A stretch of DNA of 22,588 nt. Source: Microcoleaceae cyanobacterium. GTDB lineage: Bacteria; Cyanobacteriota; Cyanobacteriia; Cyanobacteriales; Microcoleaceae. The notes beneath the pieces are model-generated. The model was not told the origin of the DNA. It saw nothing but the letters and a program-made list of their open reading frames with translations, and searched no databases. Below, one piece after another: positions 8,049 to 16,382 of the stretch. Within the stretch, counting starts at the first letter, position 1, and every line of letters begins with the position of its first letter. The DNA lies in the NCBI GenBank assembly GCA_051652765.1, contig JBOFUV010000144.1, forward strand, positions 1 through 22,588. The letters are read 5' to 3'. The translations under genes and the position numbers were made by a program.

Positions 8049-8807
8049 ATGAAGGGGTTAAAGTTGGTGGCTGCTACGGTGTTAGCAGTGGGGGCTGTTA
8101 TTGGGAGTGTTGTAGAGGGGGCGGCAGGAGTTACGCAAACTGGAACTCAACCAAAAGGTAGATCGGTTAACTCAACCACATTAGATTACAGTTTTACCTT
8201 GTTTCCTACAACAGAAGATCGTGATAGTGACAACACCAGAGGCTTTTTCCCAAATGTCATCACAGACTTTACTGGAGGATTTGATGATTTTGACAATCTT
8301 TTTACTTTTGACCTGATAGAAATTGTTGAATCTGACTTTGTTGATCCTTCTAAGATTAGTGTTAAGTCAGACGGTTCACTTGAAACTTATGAGCTGATTG
8401 ATGAACCTCTAAACCTTAACTTGAGAGCTAATTTGCAGGAATCAGATGACAGAATCGAGTACATTCTGCGGGGCGATCAACTTAGACAGAGAGGCATTAA
8501 TGGGTTAGCTTTGATTATTGATGGCTTTAGTAATCCTTTCCTCGATACTTTAGAAGAGCGAGAACTGGCTGTTAACGATTTGGATTACATCATTAACTAC
8601 GGATTGCTTGGACTAGTTAATCAGATTCGAGTTACAGGGCCATCCTCAAATGGTTCAGGAAGGATTGCGCGAAGCAGCGGTGGCGCTGACAGCGATGTTG
8701 AGTTCATTACTCGAACCATTCCCGAATCCAATCCCAGCAGCAGTCTGTTGGCTTTGGGAGCGCTAGGTGTTGGTCTAGGAGTGAAGTGTCGGTTTCAGAT
8801 GAAATAG
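8049..8807 (+). CDS. PEP-CTERM-type sorting domain surface protein 1
   Basis: Signal peptide MKGLKLVAATVLAVGAVIG; C-terminal IPESNPSSSLLALGALGVGLGVKCR (PE motif, TM helix, basic tail). GGAG at 8035-8038 favours ATG 8049 (alternative GTG 8043). Confidence 0.82.
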   Translation: MKGLKLVAATVLAVGAVIGSVVEGAAGVTQTGTQPKGRSVNSTTLDYSFTLFPTTEDRDSDNTRGFFPNVITDFTGGFDDFDNLFTFDLIEIVESDFVDPSKISVKSDGSLETYELIDEPLNLNLRANLQESDDRIEYILRGDQLRQRGINGLALIIDGFSNPFLDTLEERELAVNDLDYIINYGLLGLVNQIRVTGPSSNGSGRIARSSGGADSDVEFITRTIPESNPSSSLLALGALGVGLGVKCRFQMK

Positions 8808-8874
8808 TAAATTTTTGAACAGAGAAAGTGACTCGAAGTTAACAGTTTTTTTAGTTATTGGGAGACTAGTGAAT

Positions 8875-10194
8875 ATGAAGGGGTTAAAGTTGGTGGCTGC
8901 TACGGTGTTAGCAGTGGGGGCTGTTATTGGGAGTGTTGTAGAGGGGGCGGTGGGAGTTAAGCAGACTGGAATTAATCCTATTGGAGGCAGATTTGACTCA
9001 ACCGAATTAGATTACAGTTTTACTTTGTTTCCTACGGTAGAAGACCGTGATAGTGACAACACTAAAGGCTTTTTCCAAAATGCCATCACCGACTTTACTG
9101 GAGGGTTTGAGGATTTTGGTGATCTTTTTGCTTTTGACCTGATAGAAATTGTTAGCTCCGATGTAATTGCGGATGTTGATAGAAATGATAGTGGGTATGA
9201 ATTTATCGACGAACCTCTAACCCTTAACTTGAGAGCCAATTTGCAGGAATCAGATGACAGAATCGAGTACATTCTGGAGGGCTATAAACTTACAGAGAGA
9301 GGCGTTAACGGGTTAGCTTTGATTATTAACGACCTTAGTGTTAATTCTTTCCTCGATACTTTAGAAGAGCGTGAACTGGCTGTTAACGATTTGGATTACA
9401 TCATTAATAACAGATTACTTGGACTGATCGATGACATCCAAGTTACGGGGCCATCCTCAGATGGTTCAGGGATTGTTGTGCGAAACCCTGATAATTCGAG
9501 TCTTTCTGTTATCAGTGCTGAGTCCATTTCTCGACTTATAGCCGGTAATAAAGCCACTGGAAACAGATTTGACTCAACCGAATTAGATTACAGTTTTACT
9601 TTGTTTCCTACGGTAGAAGACCGTGATGTGGACAACACCAAAGGCTTTTTCCAAAATGCCATCACCGACTTTACTGGAGGGTTTGAGGATCTTGATGATC
9701 TTTTTGCTTTTGACCTTCTAGAAATTGTCGAGTCCAGCGTAATTGAGGACAATGACATTACTGACATCGGGTATGAATTTATCGACGAACCTCTAACCCT
9801 TAACTTGAGAGCCAATTTGCAGGAATCAGATGACAGAATCGAGTACATTCTGCGGGGCGATCAACTTAGACGGAGAGGCATTAATGGGTTAGCTTTGACT
9901 ATTGATGACCTTAGTAATCATTCTTTCCTCGATACTTTGGAAGAGCGTGAACTGGCTGTTAACGATTTGGATTACATCATTGGCAAAGGCTTACTTGGAC
10001 TAGTTAATGATATTCGAGTTACGGGTCTGTCTTCAGATGGTTCAGGAAGGATTGCGCGAAGCAGCGGTTTTGATGAAGCCAATGTTGAGTTCATTGTTCG
10101 ACCCATTCCCGAATCCAATCCCAGCAGCAGTCTGTTGGCTTTAGGAGCGTTAGGTGTTGGTCTAGGAGTGAAGCGTCGGTTGCAGATGAAATAG
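8875..10194 (+). CDS. PEP-CTERM-type surface protein 2, with internally duplicated core domain
   Basis: Same signal peptide and IPESN...VKRR tail as protein 1; core RFDSTELDYSFTLFPT... occurs twice, 576 bp apart. Start placed at ATG 8875 by paralogue alignment. Confidence 0.82.
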   Translation: MKGLKLVAATVLAVGAVIGSVVEGAVGVKQTGINPIGGRFDSTELDYSFTLFPTVEDRDSDNTKGFFQNAITDFTGGFEDFGDLFAFDLIEIVSSDVIADVDRNDSGYEFIDEPLTLNLRANLQESDDRIEYILEGYKLTERGVNGLALIINDLSVNSFLDTLEERELAVNDLDYIINNRLLGLIDDIQVTGPSSDGSGIVVRNPDNSSLSVISAESISRLIAGNKATGNRFDSTELDYSFTLFPTVEDRDVDNTKGFFQNAITDFTGGFEDLDDLFAFDLLEIVESSVIEDNDITDIGYEFIDEPLTLNLRANLQESDDRIEYILRGDQLRRRGINGLALTIDDLSNHSFLDTLEERELAVNDLDYIIGKGLLGLVNDIRVTGLSSDGSGRIARSSGFDEANVEFIVRPIPESNPSSSLLALGALGVGLGVKRRLQMK

Positions 10195-10260
10195 TAAATT
10201 TTTGAACAGAGAAAGTGACTCGAAGTTAACAGTTTTTTTAGTTATTGGAGATTAGTGAAT

Positions 10261-10968
10261 ATGAAGGGGTTAAAGTTGGTGGCCGTTACGATGTTAACGG
10301 TTGGGGCCGCTTTTGGGAGTGTTGTAGAGGGGGCGGTGGGAGTTACGCAGACAGGAAGTGGAGCAAAAGGTGGATCGTTTGACGAAATTACATTAGATTA
10401 CAGCTTTAAGTTATTTCCTACAGCAACAGATGCAGATCCTAGAAATAGAAGAGGATCTTTTTCAAATGTAATTACAGACTTTACTGGAAGCTTTGAAGAA
10501 GATATAAATAACCGTTTCACCTTTAATAGCCCATTGAAAATCAGTGAGCCTTTAACTCTCAATCTCAATACAGTTTTATTTGATAGGAGAATTGAGTATA
10601 TTTTGTCCGGCGATGATTTGGAAAATAAAGGAATCACGGAGCTTGCTCTAATTATTGATGAGGAATCCAGTGATTTTCCGCCTCTATTTAGTAATATTGA
10701 TAGTTTGGATTCTTCGAGGGAACGAAGACAAGCTGTTAATTCTCTGGAATATATCATTAATGAACAGTTATTAGAACTTGTAAATACCATTCGGGTAAGT
10801 GGGCCATCATTTAGTAATCCAGATGTAATAGTTTCAGTTCCTAGCAATGCTTCTGATACAGAGGCTGAAATTATTACAATTCCCGAAGTAAATTCCAGCA
10901 ACAGTCTATTGGTTTTAGGAGCGCTAGGTGTTGGTTTGGGAGTGAAGCGTCGGTTTCAGATGAAATAG
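10261..10968 (+). CDS. PEP-CTERM-type surface protein 3 (diverged core)
   Basis: Similar signal peptide, LDYSFKLFPT core motif, IPEVNSSNSLLVLGALGVGLGVKRR tail. Confidence 0.82.
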   Translation: MKGLKLVAVTMLTVGAAFGSVVEGAVGVTQTGSGAKGGSFDEITLDYSFKLFPTATDADPRNRRGSFSNVITDFTGSFEEDINNRFTFNSPLKISEPLTLNLNTVLFDRRIEYILSGDDLENKGITELALIIDEESSDFPPLFSNIDSLDSSRERRQAVNSLEYIINEQLLELVNTIRVSGPSFSNPDVIVSVPSNASDTEAEIITIPEVNSSNSLLVLGALGVGLGVKRRFQMK

Positions 10969-10992
10969 TAAATTTTTTTGAATTGGTGGTGG
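10968..10992 (+). repeat. Left 25-bp direct repeat bounding the island
   Basis: GTAAATTTTTTTGAATTGGTGGTGG is 24/25 identical to 18936-18960. Confidence 0.75.
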
Positions 10993-10999
10993 TATGGTC

Positions 11000-11240
11000 G
11001 CCCCCCTAGCCCTCCAACCTTGGGGAGCTTCAAAGCTTCGCCCCCCTAGCCCCCCAACTTTGGGGGGGAACCGGAATCTAAGTCAAAGCCCCCAGAATTG
11101 GGGGTTTGGGGGCAATGCAGGACGGGGGGGGAACTGGAGTCAATGGGGGATTTAGGGGACTTTGAATTTTCGCCCCCCTAGCCCCCCAATTCTTGGGGGG
11201 AACCAGAGTCCAAGTCAAAGTCCCCCAGAATTGGGGGCTT
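11000..11240. repeat. Cluster of C5/G5 palindromic dispersed repeats (CCCCCAGAATTGGGGG type)
   Basis: Several CCCCC(T)AGCCCCCAA..TTGGGGG and CAAAG(T)CCCCCAGAATTGGGGG units; related copies at 11859-11930, 18812-18890, 19020-19115 and 22328-22378. Confidence 0.8.
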
Positions 11241-11802
11241 TGAATACTTCCAACTCAAACCCTGGCAATACCTCTTCTCCGCTGAGCTTGGTGGGCATTT
11301 TTAGCGTCTGAATCGGTTGATAAGAGCGATAGATTTCAACACTAGACTCTTTGCGATTGATCAGCCATCCTAGCTGAACGCCGTTGTCCATATACTCTCT
11401 CATCTTGTCCCGAACCTCTCTCAGGTCATCACTGGGGGACATCAGTTCCAGAACAAAATCAGGGGCGATGGGGGGAAAGCCCACTTGCTGTTCTGGGGAC
11501 AGTTGGTTCCAGCGCTCGGAGTGAATCCAGGAAACATCGGGCGAGCGGGTTGCCCCGTTGGGGAGTTTGAAACCTGTGGAAGAATCAAATACCTTCCCCA
11601 GATTGACACGATCATTCCAGATCCAGAGCTTAGCTGCCAGTCCAACGTTGTAGTTTCCAGTATCGCCTCCAGTAGGTGGATTCACAATCAGTTCTCCTTG
11701 AGCAGTGCGTTCAAGTCTCAGATCCGGGTTGAACTGACACAGACGATAGAACAGTTCGTCCGTCAGTTGGATGATGGGACTAAGTTTAAGGGTTGTGGTC
11801 AT
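11215..11802 (-). CDS. Uma2 family (DUF820) PD-(D/E)XK putative endonuclease
   Basis: Typical motifs LRLERTAQGELIVNPP, FDSSTGFKLPNGATRSPDVSW, APDFVLELMSPSD, KMREYMDNGVQLGWLI, LSGEEVLPGFEL. Confidence 0.93.
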   Translation of the reverse strand: MTTTLKLSPIIQLTDELFYRLCQFNPDLRLERTAQGELIVNPPTGGDTGNYNVGLAAKLWIWNDRVNLGKVFDSSTGFKLPNGATRSPDVSWIHSERWNQLSPEQQVGFPPIAPDFVLELMSPSDDLREVRDKMREYMDNGVQLGWLINRKESSVEIYRSYQPIQTLKMPTKLSGEEVLPGFELEVFKAPNSGGL

Positions 11803-11832
11803 GATTCTCTTACCCTCTGAAGAAGAAAAAGA

Positions 11833-11977
11833 GGTATTGCTGAATGGCGGGATGAATTCGCCCCCCAGCCCCCAATTCTGGGGGAGCCGGATTTCTCAAA
11901 GTCCCCCAAGCTTGGGGGATTTAGGGGGCGAGGAAACTTACAACTCAGACAGATTCATCTCTACATTTAGCAACGCC
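11833..11977. mobile_element. MITE (145 bp) with 25-bp imperfect terminal inverted repeats and 8-bp target-site duplication
   Basis: Left end GGTATTGCTGAATGGCGGGATGAAT, right end ATTCATCTCTACATTTAGCAACGCC; GAAAAAGA duplicated at 11825-11832 and 11978-11985. Confidence 0.8.
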
Positions 11978-12070
11978 GAAAAAGAGACCTATCGTTGGAG
12001 TGCATCTCTACTATTATCGTATCAGTTCAGCAACGCCATAAATCCGTGTTGGGTTGCATTTGAGTTTAGA

Positions 12071-12246
12071 TTGATTGCTCATCAAACCCCCATTGATCTC
12101 AAACTCAGATCAAGTTGATCGCAGAGCATTTGCCCGTTGATCTCACTCCAAACCCGCGTTGATCTCACACTAAACCCGCATTGATCTCACACTAAACCCG
12201 CATTGATCTCATACCAAACCCGCATTGATCTCACTCCAAACCCGCG
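12071..12246 (+). repeat. Tandem array of 8 x 22-bp units (TTGATCTCACWCYAAACCCGCR)
   Basis: Units start at 12071, 12093, 12115 (degenerate) and 12137, 12159, 12181, 12203, 12225 (conserved); no spacers. Confidence 0.9.
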
Positions 12247-12252
12247 TTAGTT

Positions 12253-12490
12253 ATGATTCCTGACAATGTCAAGCTGGGACGGCGAGTCATCATCCATCAC
12301 CCAAGTGGAACTGTCATTCATGGGAATCGCCAGATTGGGGATGACTGCATTCTTCGCTAGAGCAAAAATTTTAGGCCAGATGACAATTGGGGATGGTGCC
12401 AGTATTGGGGCAAATGCGGTTGCTTTAGTGGATGTTTCACCGGGGCAAACAGCGATTGGAATTCCAGCAAAAATCGCTGCTGCTAATTAA
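12253..12490 (+). pseudogene. Serine O-acetyltransferase-like (CysE/WcaB hexapeptide repeat) pseudogene fragment
   Basis: Frame 1 gives MIPDNVKLGRRVIIHHPSGTVIHGNRQIGDDCILR*; a second frame continues AKILGQMTIGDGASIGANAV...TAIGIPAKI. The N-terminus and the middle segment are missing. Confidence 0.75.
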
Positions 12491-12674
12491 GAGTTAGGGG
12501 CCAAGCCTGATTTATGTTGGTAGTTCAAGCCTTTTTATAATAAATGTCGAGATCGCTAGCTACTCGGAACAGAACTCAAAAGAGAGGTAATCTTCTACCC
12601 TATTTCTGAATAGAGTTTGGCACTTGCAACTAGTTGATAAGACCGTTGTGCAGACCTAATCCAGAAACGAACTA

Positions 12675-12759
12675 TGCTAATAGTGAAGTTGTGCGGCGGC
12701 AGATAACCTTTGCATCACCGCCAAGAGCTTGCGCCCGTCCGTTGAGCGCATTGTTAGCT
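12675..12759 (-). mobile_element. Degenerate integron attC site
   Basis: Minus strand: R'' AGCTAAC overlaps the TAA stop of the restriction gene. The centre (CGGACGGGCGCAAGCTCTTGGCGGTGATGCAAAGGTTATCTGCCGCC) resembles the other attC sites. R' reads ATTAGCA instead of GTT, and the L boxes pair poorly. Confidence 0.6.
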
Positions 12760-13488
12760 GTCGCCATTACGCTTGATCTCGCGCTCAATAATCTCTTTGA
12801 CAAACTCAGGCAGTCCCTTTTCTACACTGACAGCCATTTGCTTGAGCCTTTCATAAATCTCAATGTCATCACCTTCCCAAAGTAGATCTATTCTTCTGAC
12901 CTGCCGCATCGCGATATGCTCATAGCTTTCTGGATACGCCCAGTAGCAGGATAGACAAATCAACTTATCCTTAATACTGTTCCAGTTTTCGCAGTGTTCG
13001 CACGACCAGGATTTAGCCCGGTTAGCAGAGCCACAAAGCAACATGAAGTTTTCTGGATTTAGATCTGGCTCACCATCAACTTCAAAAGGAACACGATGAT
13101 CAATTTGCAACTCGCGTTCATCTACCTCTTCAAGATAAATAAAACATTTACATCCGTATCTGTTAATTAGTGCCTCTTTAATCTGCTTGGATAAACCTGT
13201 TCTTCCAGAAAGACGAGTGAATCTTGCCTTACTAATATCTCCAAACCGATATGCAGCTATTTTTCTGCCGTCACTTCCAGTAACACGAAAAGTCTCTAAC
13301 AGGATACCATTTTCTCTAACATCTCTAGCTGCTCTTGGAGGATGGTTATAACTGTAGGTTTCTTTCAATTCCTCAGTTGTGATAAATCCGTGTTGCAAGA
13401 TGTGATCAATAACCGCCTTCGGTCTTTTTGCTGTTATGGAGCGGCAAAGTTGCAAGAAGTCATCTGATAGCTGCTGCGAATTCTCCAT
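12754..13488 (-). CDS. HNH-type Type II restriction endonuclease, SphI/NspI-like
   Basis: HNH core LQIDHRVPF...LLCGSANRAKSWSCEHC with Cys pairs; HPPRAARD and DGRKIAAY motifs as I recall from R.SphI; overlaps an adenine MTase gene. Confidence 0.8.
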   Translation of the reverse strand: MENSQQLSDDFLQLCRSITAKRPKAVIDHILQHGFITTEELKETYSYNHPPRAARDVRENGILLETFRVTGSDGRKIAAYRFGDISKARFTRLSGRTGLSKQIKEALINRYGCKCFIYLEEVDERELQIDHRVPFEVDGEPDLNPENFMLLCGSANRAKSWSCEHCENWNSIKDKLICLSCYWAYPESYEHIAMRQVRRIDLLWEGDDIEIYERLKQMAVSVEKGLPEFVKEIIEREIKRNGDS

Positions 13489-14413
13489 GTTTTTCTAGAA
13501 GAGTTAGTTGCTTTGGTCTCTGGCAAATATAGCTGAAATCGCTGATTTGAGTAGTCGTTAGGCTTCTGGATAAACTTGGTGACAAGTACAATGATTCAAC
13601 CGTAGTTTCCTCCTTGCCAAGTAATGTAGACTGTGAAGATCTGCCAACTTCGATTTCGATTCTTTCAAGATTTAAGCTCTTAGGAAGAACCTTGCCAAAA
13701 GCCTTATCACCCAACTTACCATCGTAACTGATAGCAAATGCAGCTCCTTTTTGATTTAACCGTTCAAGTGCCAATACAAAATCGTCGAAATCTATCCCAG
13801 ACAGATATCTTGAATCTCTATTTCCGCATACACCTTGATACGGAGGATCCATGTAGATAAAACAATTATCCTGAATTTGCTCTAATACTTCTCGATAATC
13901 CAAGCCCGTAAACTTGCATTTGCCTTTAAGCAGACTAGATACACCTGCTATATTTTTTCTCATCGTCTCAGGTCGTGTTCCTTTGCGTCTTTTGTCTGGG
14001 CTTTGGTTGAAAAATCCCTCAGAATTGTAACGAACTGAACCTTTAACGCATCTTGCTAGTAAATAAAGGAATAATTTTGGATCATTAGTCTCATTAAATC
14101 TTGACCTAACTTCAGAATAATGAGCTACAGAATTAGTATGTTGTTCATTCCATAGTTCTAAGTAGAAATCTGCTATCTCATTCGGTTCTTCTATAGCTAA
14201 TTCTAGTAGCTCGATTAGAGGCTTATTCAGATCATTTAACCAAAAACTACTGGCAATCTGATTTGCAGATGTAGCAACACTAATTGCAGCAGTTCCAGCA
14301 AAAGGCTCTACCAGTCTTTTGATATTTTTTGGAAAAACCTGGAGAATGTGTTTTGCCAAATTTCTTTTGCTGCCTTGATATTGAATGAAATGGGGTAGAT
14401 TTGCCATCGCCAT
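13460..14413 (-). CDS. N6-adenine DNA methyltransferase, D12/Dam-like (alpha group), cognate to the adjacent REase
   Basis: Motif X YQGSKR, motif I LVEPFAG, motif IV YMDPPY. Likely start ATG 14413 or 14407; the longer ORF-track start lies in the attC site. Confidence 0.9.
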   Translation of the reverse strand: MAMANLPHFIQYQGSKRNLAKHILQVFPKNIKRLVEPFAGTAAISVATSANQIASSFWLNDLNKPLIELLELAIEEPNEIADFYLELWNEQHTNSVAHYSEVRSRFNETNDPKLFLYLLARCVKGSVRYNSEGFFNQSPDKRRKGTRPETMRKNIAGVSSLLKGKCKFTGLDYREVLEQIQDNCFIYMDPPYQGVCGNRDSRYLSGIDFDDFVLALERLNQKGAAFAISYDGKLGDKAFGKVLPKSLNLERIEIEVGRSSQSTLLGKEETTVESLYLSPSLSRSLTTTQISDFSYICQRPKQLTLLEKHGEFAAAIR

Positions 14414-14524
14414 ACAAGAACAAATAATCTTGCAGCAGTTTATCACGATAGTTTGAGCTTGTCGCTTAACTCCAGTATCTTTTCCAAGAGTGGTAGAGCA
14501 GGGAGCGGAACTAAAGCTTAAGAC

Positions 14525-14601
14525 GGCTAACATTCCCGTTCAGCGGCTCTTTGCATCCACCCAAAATCTTTCGACAGTCCGCTCCAACCGGGTTGTTGGA
14601 G
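14525..14601 (-). mobile_element. Integron attC site
   Basis: Minus strand CTCCAAC-AACCCG-GTT[G]GAGCGG[A]CT ... AGCCGCTGAAC-GGGAAT-GTTAGCC: R''/R' cores, paired arms, two extrahelical bases; 77 bp, just downstream of hicA. Confidence 0.8.
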
Positions 14602-14621
14602 CGCTTACGCCGCGCTCACCC

Positions 14622-14831
14622 TTACTCCAAATCTCCTTCTCCCAGTTCAGCGTCTTTCATGATGCTTTTCAGAGTACCTTTCGGCAAATCCCGATTACTA
14701 TGAACAGGAATAGAAAGAATGGCATCAATCCCTTCTTTAGCGTAAATGTGATGGCTACCAGTAACTCGTTTTAGCTCCCACCCATTTCGCTCTACAATCT
14801 TGCAAAGCGTTTTGCCAGAAATTGATTTCAT
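14622..14831 (-). CDS. hicA: HicA family toxin (mRNA interferase)
   Basis: GWELKRVTGSHHIY, IPVH, DLPKGTLKSIMKDA; 4-bp overlap with hicB. Confidence 0.92.
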   Translation of the reverse strand: MKSISGKTLCKIVERNGWELKRVTGSHHIYAKEGIDAILSIPVHSNRDLPKGTLKSIMKDAELGEGDLE

Positions 14832-15031
14832 AAAGATAGCTCGATCAATTGCTTTTCTGGCTCAAGTTCTTCTCGTCCACTTGCAACTTCTAACCAGCCT
14901 TCAACAGCATCTTCAATCATCTCTAATAAATGCTCATAGCTCTCTCCCCAAGTATGGCAACCGGGGAGAGCAGGTACAGAAGCGCACCATACATCATCAT
15001 CTTCTCGCCAAATAATTGCTTTAATTTTCAT
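14828..15031 (-). CDS. hicB: HicB family antitoxin (short form, no DNA-binding domain)
   Basis: ASVPALPGCHTWGESYEHLLEMIEDAVEGWL partial RNase H-fold motif. Confidence 0.92.
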   Translation of the reverse strand: MKIKAIIWREDDDVWCASVPALPGCHTWGESYEHLLEMIEDAVEGWLEVASGREELEPEKQLIELSL

Positions 15032-15089
15032 ACCTTTAAGCTATGCCGAAAGAGCTTTCAATCAAGATTTTAGCGCATCTGGCTGGGCA

Positions 15090-15183
15090 GCCTTACAAGT
15101 CAATATTTTGAGCGCGTCCATGTAGCGAAACCTGAGTTAGAGTTAGACCACGTTCGTTGCGGGGTGCATGGGCGTTGTTATGC
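15090..15183 (-). mobile_element. Degenerate/chimeric attC-like site
   Basis: The minus-strand left arm GCATAAC-AACGC-CCATGCAC is attC-like and lies ~20 bp after a stop codon. The right arm does not pair, and the best R' is GTAAGGC. Confidence 0.45.
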
Positions 15184-15201
15184 CGTTTTACACAATAAGT
15201 T

Positions 15202-15480
15202 TCAAGCACTTTGGTGAACTTCAAGGCTAGATAGACGGCCTTCAATCTCATATTCATCTTCCAGTAGCCAGAGTTGAGCTTCTTCATAATTCTGAAAAGC
15301 TTTTACAAGCCTATAGTGCTCAGCGGGGTCAAAAACATAACAACCCTCCCTTTTGTTACCTAGCAGCAGCAAGACATAGGGCGGTGATTGCATTGAATCT
15401 ACCCAAACTTCTAAGAAGTTCCAGTCATCCTTCACTAGGTCGGGTGCGAGGAATCGCGTGGTATCGGTTGTTTGCATCAA
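15202..15480 (-). CDS. Hypothetical acidic protein (possible immunity/antitoxin)
   Basis: 92-aa ORF with a protein-like, aromatic/acidic composition (EVWVDSMQSPPYVLLL, YEEAQLWLLEDEYE); overlaps the upstream gene. Confidence 0.65.
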   Translation of the reverse strand: MMQTTDTTRFLAPDLVKDDWNFLEVWVDSMQSPPYVLLLLGNKREGCYVFDPAEHYRLVKAFQNYEEAQLWLLEDEYEIEGRLSSLEVHQSA

Positions 15481-15784
15481 TTTTTACCTCACCGTAGAAC
15501 AAAGGAGTTCTTGAACTGTCTGGGCTAACCCGATAGCCGATCGCTTCAGTAAAAAATAGCCCATAGCGCTCGTAGTTTTGAACGCTGCCCGTGTATTCAC
15601 CTCCCTCTATAATAGCTTGAGCAACTTGCAGCATCGTATCTTCATCATTGAAAACATGAATTGCTCGCCCTAATGGAGTACTCGCTCTTAAGATAAGCAA
15701 CTGTTCAGTGCAATGTTTGTAAAAATCGGTATAACTAAAGAGATTTGATATTAACGGGGTTGTTGATATGAAAGAGATTGTCAT
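15425..15784 (-). CDS. Hypothetical protein (possible nuclease toxin; N-terminus may be replaced or truncated)
   Basis: The C-terminal ~80 aa (IHVFND...YERYG...IGYR...YGEVKI...YHAIPR) look like a folded domain; the first ~35 aa look atypical. Confidence 0.55.
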   Translation of the reverse strand: MTISFISTTPLISNLFSYTDFYKHCTEQLLILRASTPLGRAIHVFNDEDTMLQVAQAIIEGGEYTGSVQNYERYGLFFTEAIGYRVSPDSSRTPLFYGEVKIDANNRYHAIPRTRPSEG

Positions 15785-15808
15785 TTGCTAATCTTCACGT
15801 TCTCTCTG

Positions 15809-15850
15809 AACAGTTCTGCATCTTCTACTAATTTATGCAGGACTGTTTTA
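15809..15850. terminator. Intergenic hairpin, possible terminator
   Basis: AACAGTTCTGCAT-N13-ATGCAGGACTGTT inverted repeat directly after the stop of the 15855..16382 gene. Confidence 0.4.
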
Positions 15851-15854
15851 AACT

Positions 15855-16382
15855 TTATATGAATCTTCCAGAATGATGTTGCTTAATCAAATCAAATTTG
15901 GCTTTCTTCAGTCCCTTTCTCTCTTCCCAGAATTTGGTAGCAAACTCAAACATTGGCCAGTTCCAATGCTTCAAATATTCTTCCGGTAAGGCTGGCCAAA
16001 TGCAACGATTGGCCTCACCATGATTCATCCATTCTCCTTGGGCATAGTCTGCCAGTTTATCTTTTAGGGCAGACCATGAGTCATCCGGCAGCACAGACAG
16101 CAAGGCACGGGAATAGATAACGACTTTCAGATACTTGTGTTTCTTGAACCACTCGTGGAACACATCAAAAATCTCGCGCTCAAATACTGGGTTGTACCAG
16201 GCACATCCACCCGACTCCAGGAAAATATCAGTCAGCGTTGTGGTGTCGAGGAGGTCGTTAGGAGTTTCCTCGAAGAACCACTGCTCCTCAGAACAGGAGA
16301 TTGCTTGGTTCACTTCAAACTGATACTGCTCCAGGGTTAAACCCCGCACTCTCACTTCAGCTAGATTCTCAGAGAAGCTCAT
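15855..16382 (-). CDS. Hypothetical protein (175 aa, Trp/Phe-rich)
   Basis: Long ORF; likely ATG at 16382 overlaps the end of the upstream gene by 14 bp; no recognised motif. Confidence 0.7.
   Translation of the reverse strand: MSFSENLAEVRVRGLTLEQYQFEVNQAISCSEEQWFFEETPNDLLDTTTLTDIFLESGGCAWYNPVFEREIFDVFHEWFKKHKYLKVVIYSRALLSVLPDDSWSALKDKLADYAQGEWMNHGEANRCIWPALPEEYLKHWNWPMFEFATKFWEERKGLKKAKFDLIKQHHSGRFI

Noticed and set aside
9012..10901. Minus-strand ORFs 9012-9272, 9588-9848 and 10398-10901
   Set aside because: Antisense shadows of the PEP-CTERM genes.
1743..10968. Diversity-generating retroelement (TR/VR pairs) among the duplicated RTX or PEP-CTERM sequences
   Set aside because: No reverse transcriptase in the window, both copies are full genes, and the differences I inspected are not confined to adenines.
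12071..12246. CRISPR array
   Set aside because: Units are contiguous 22-mers with no unique spacers, and no cas genes or leader are evident.
12634..12885. 83-aa plus-strand ORF (likewise 14490-14774 and 15093-15287)
   Set aside because: They run through attC sites or overlap real genes, and show no protein motifs.
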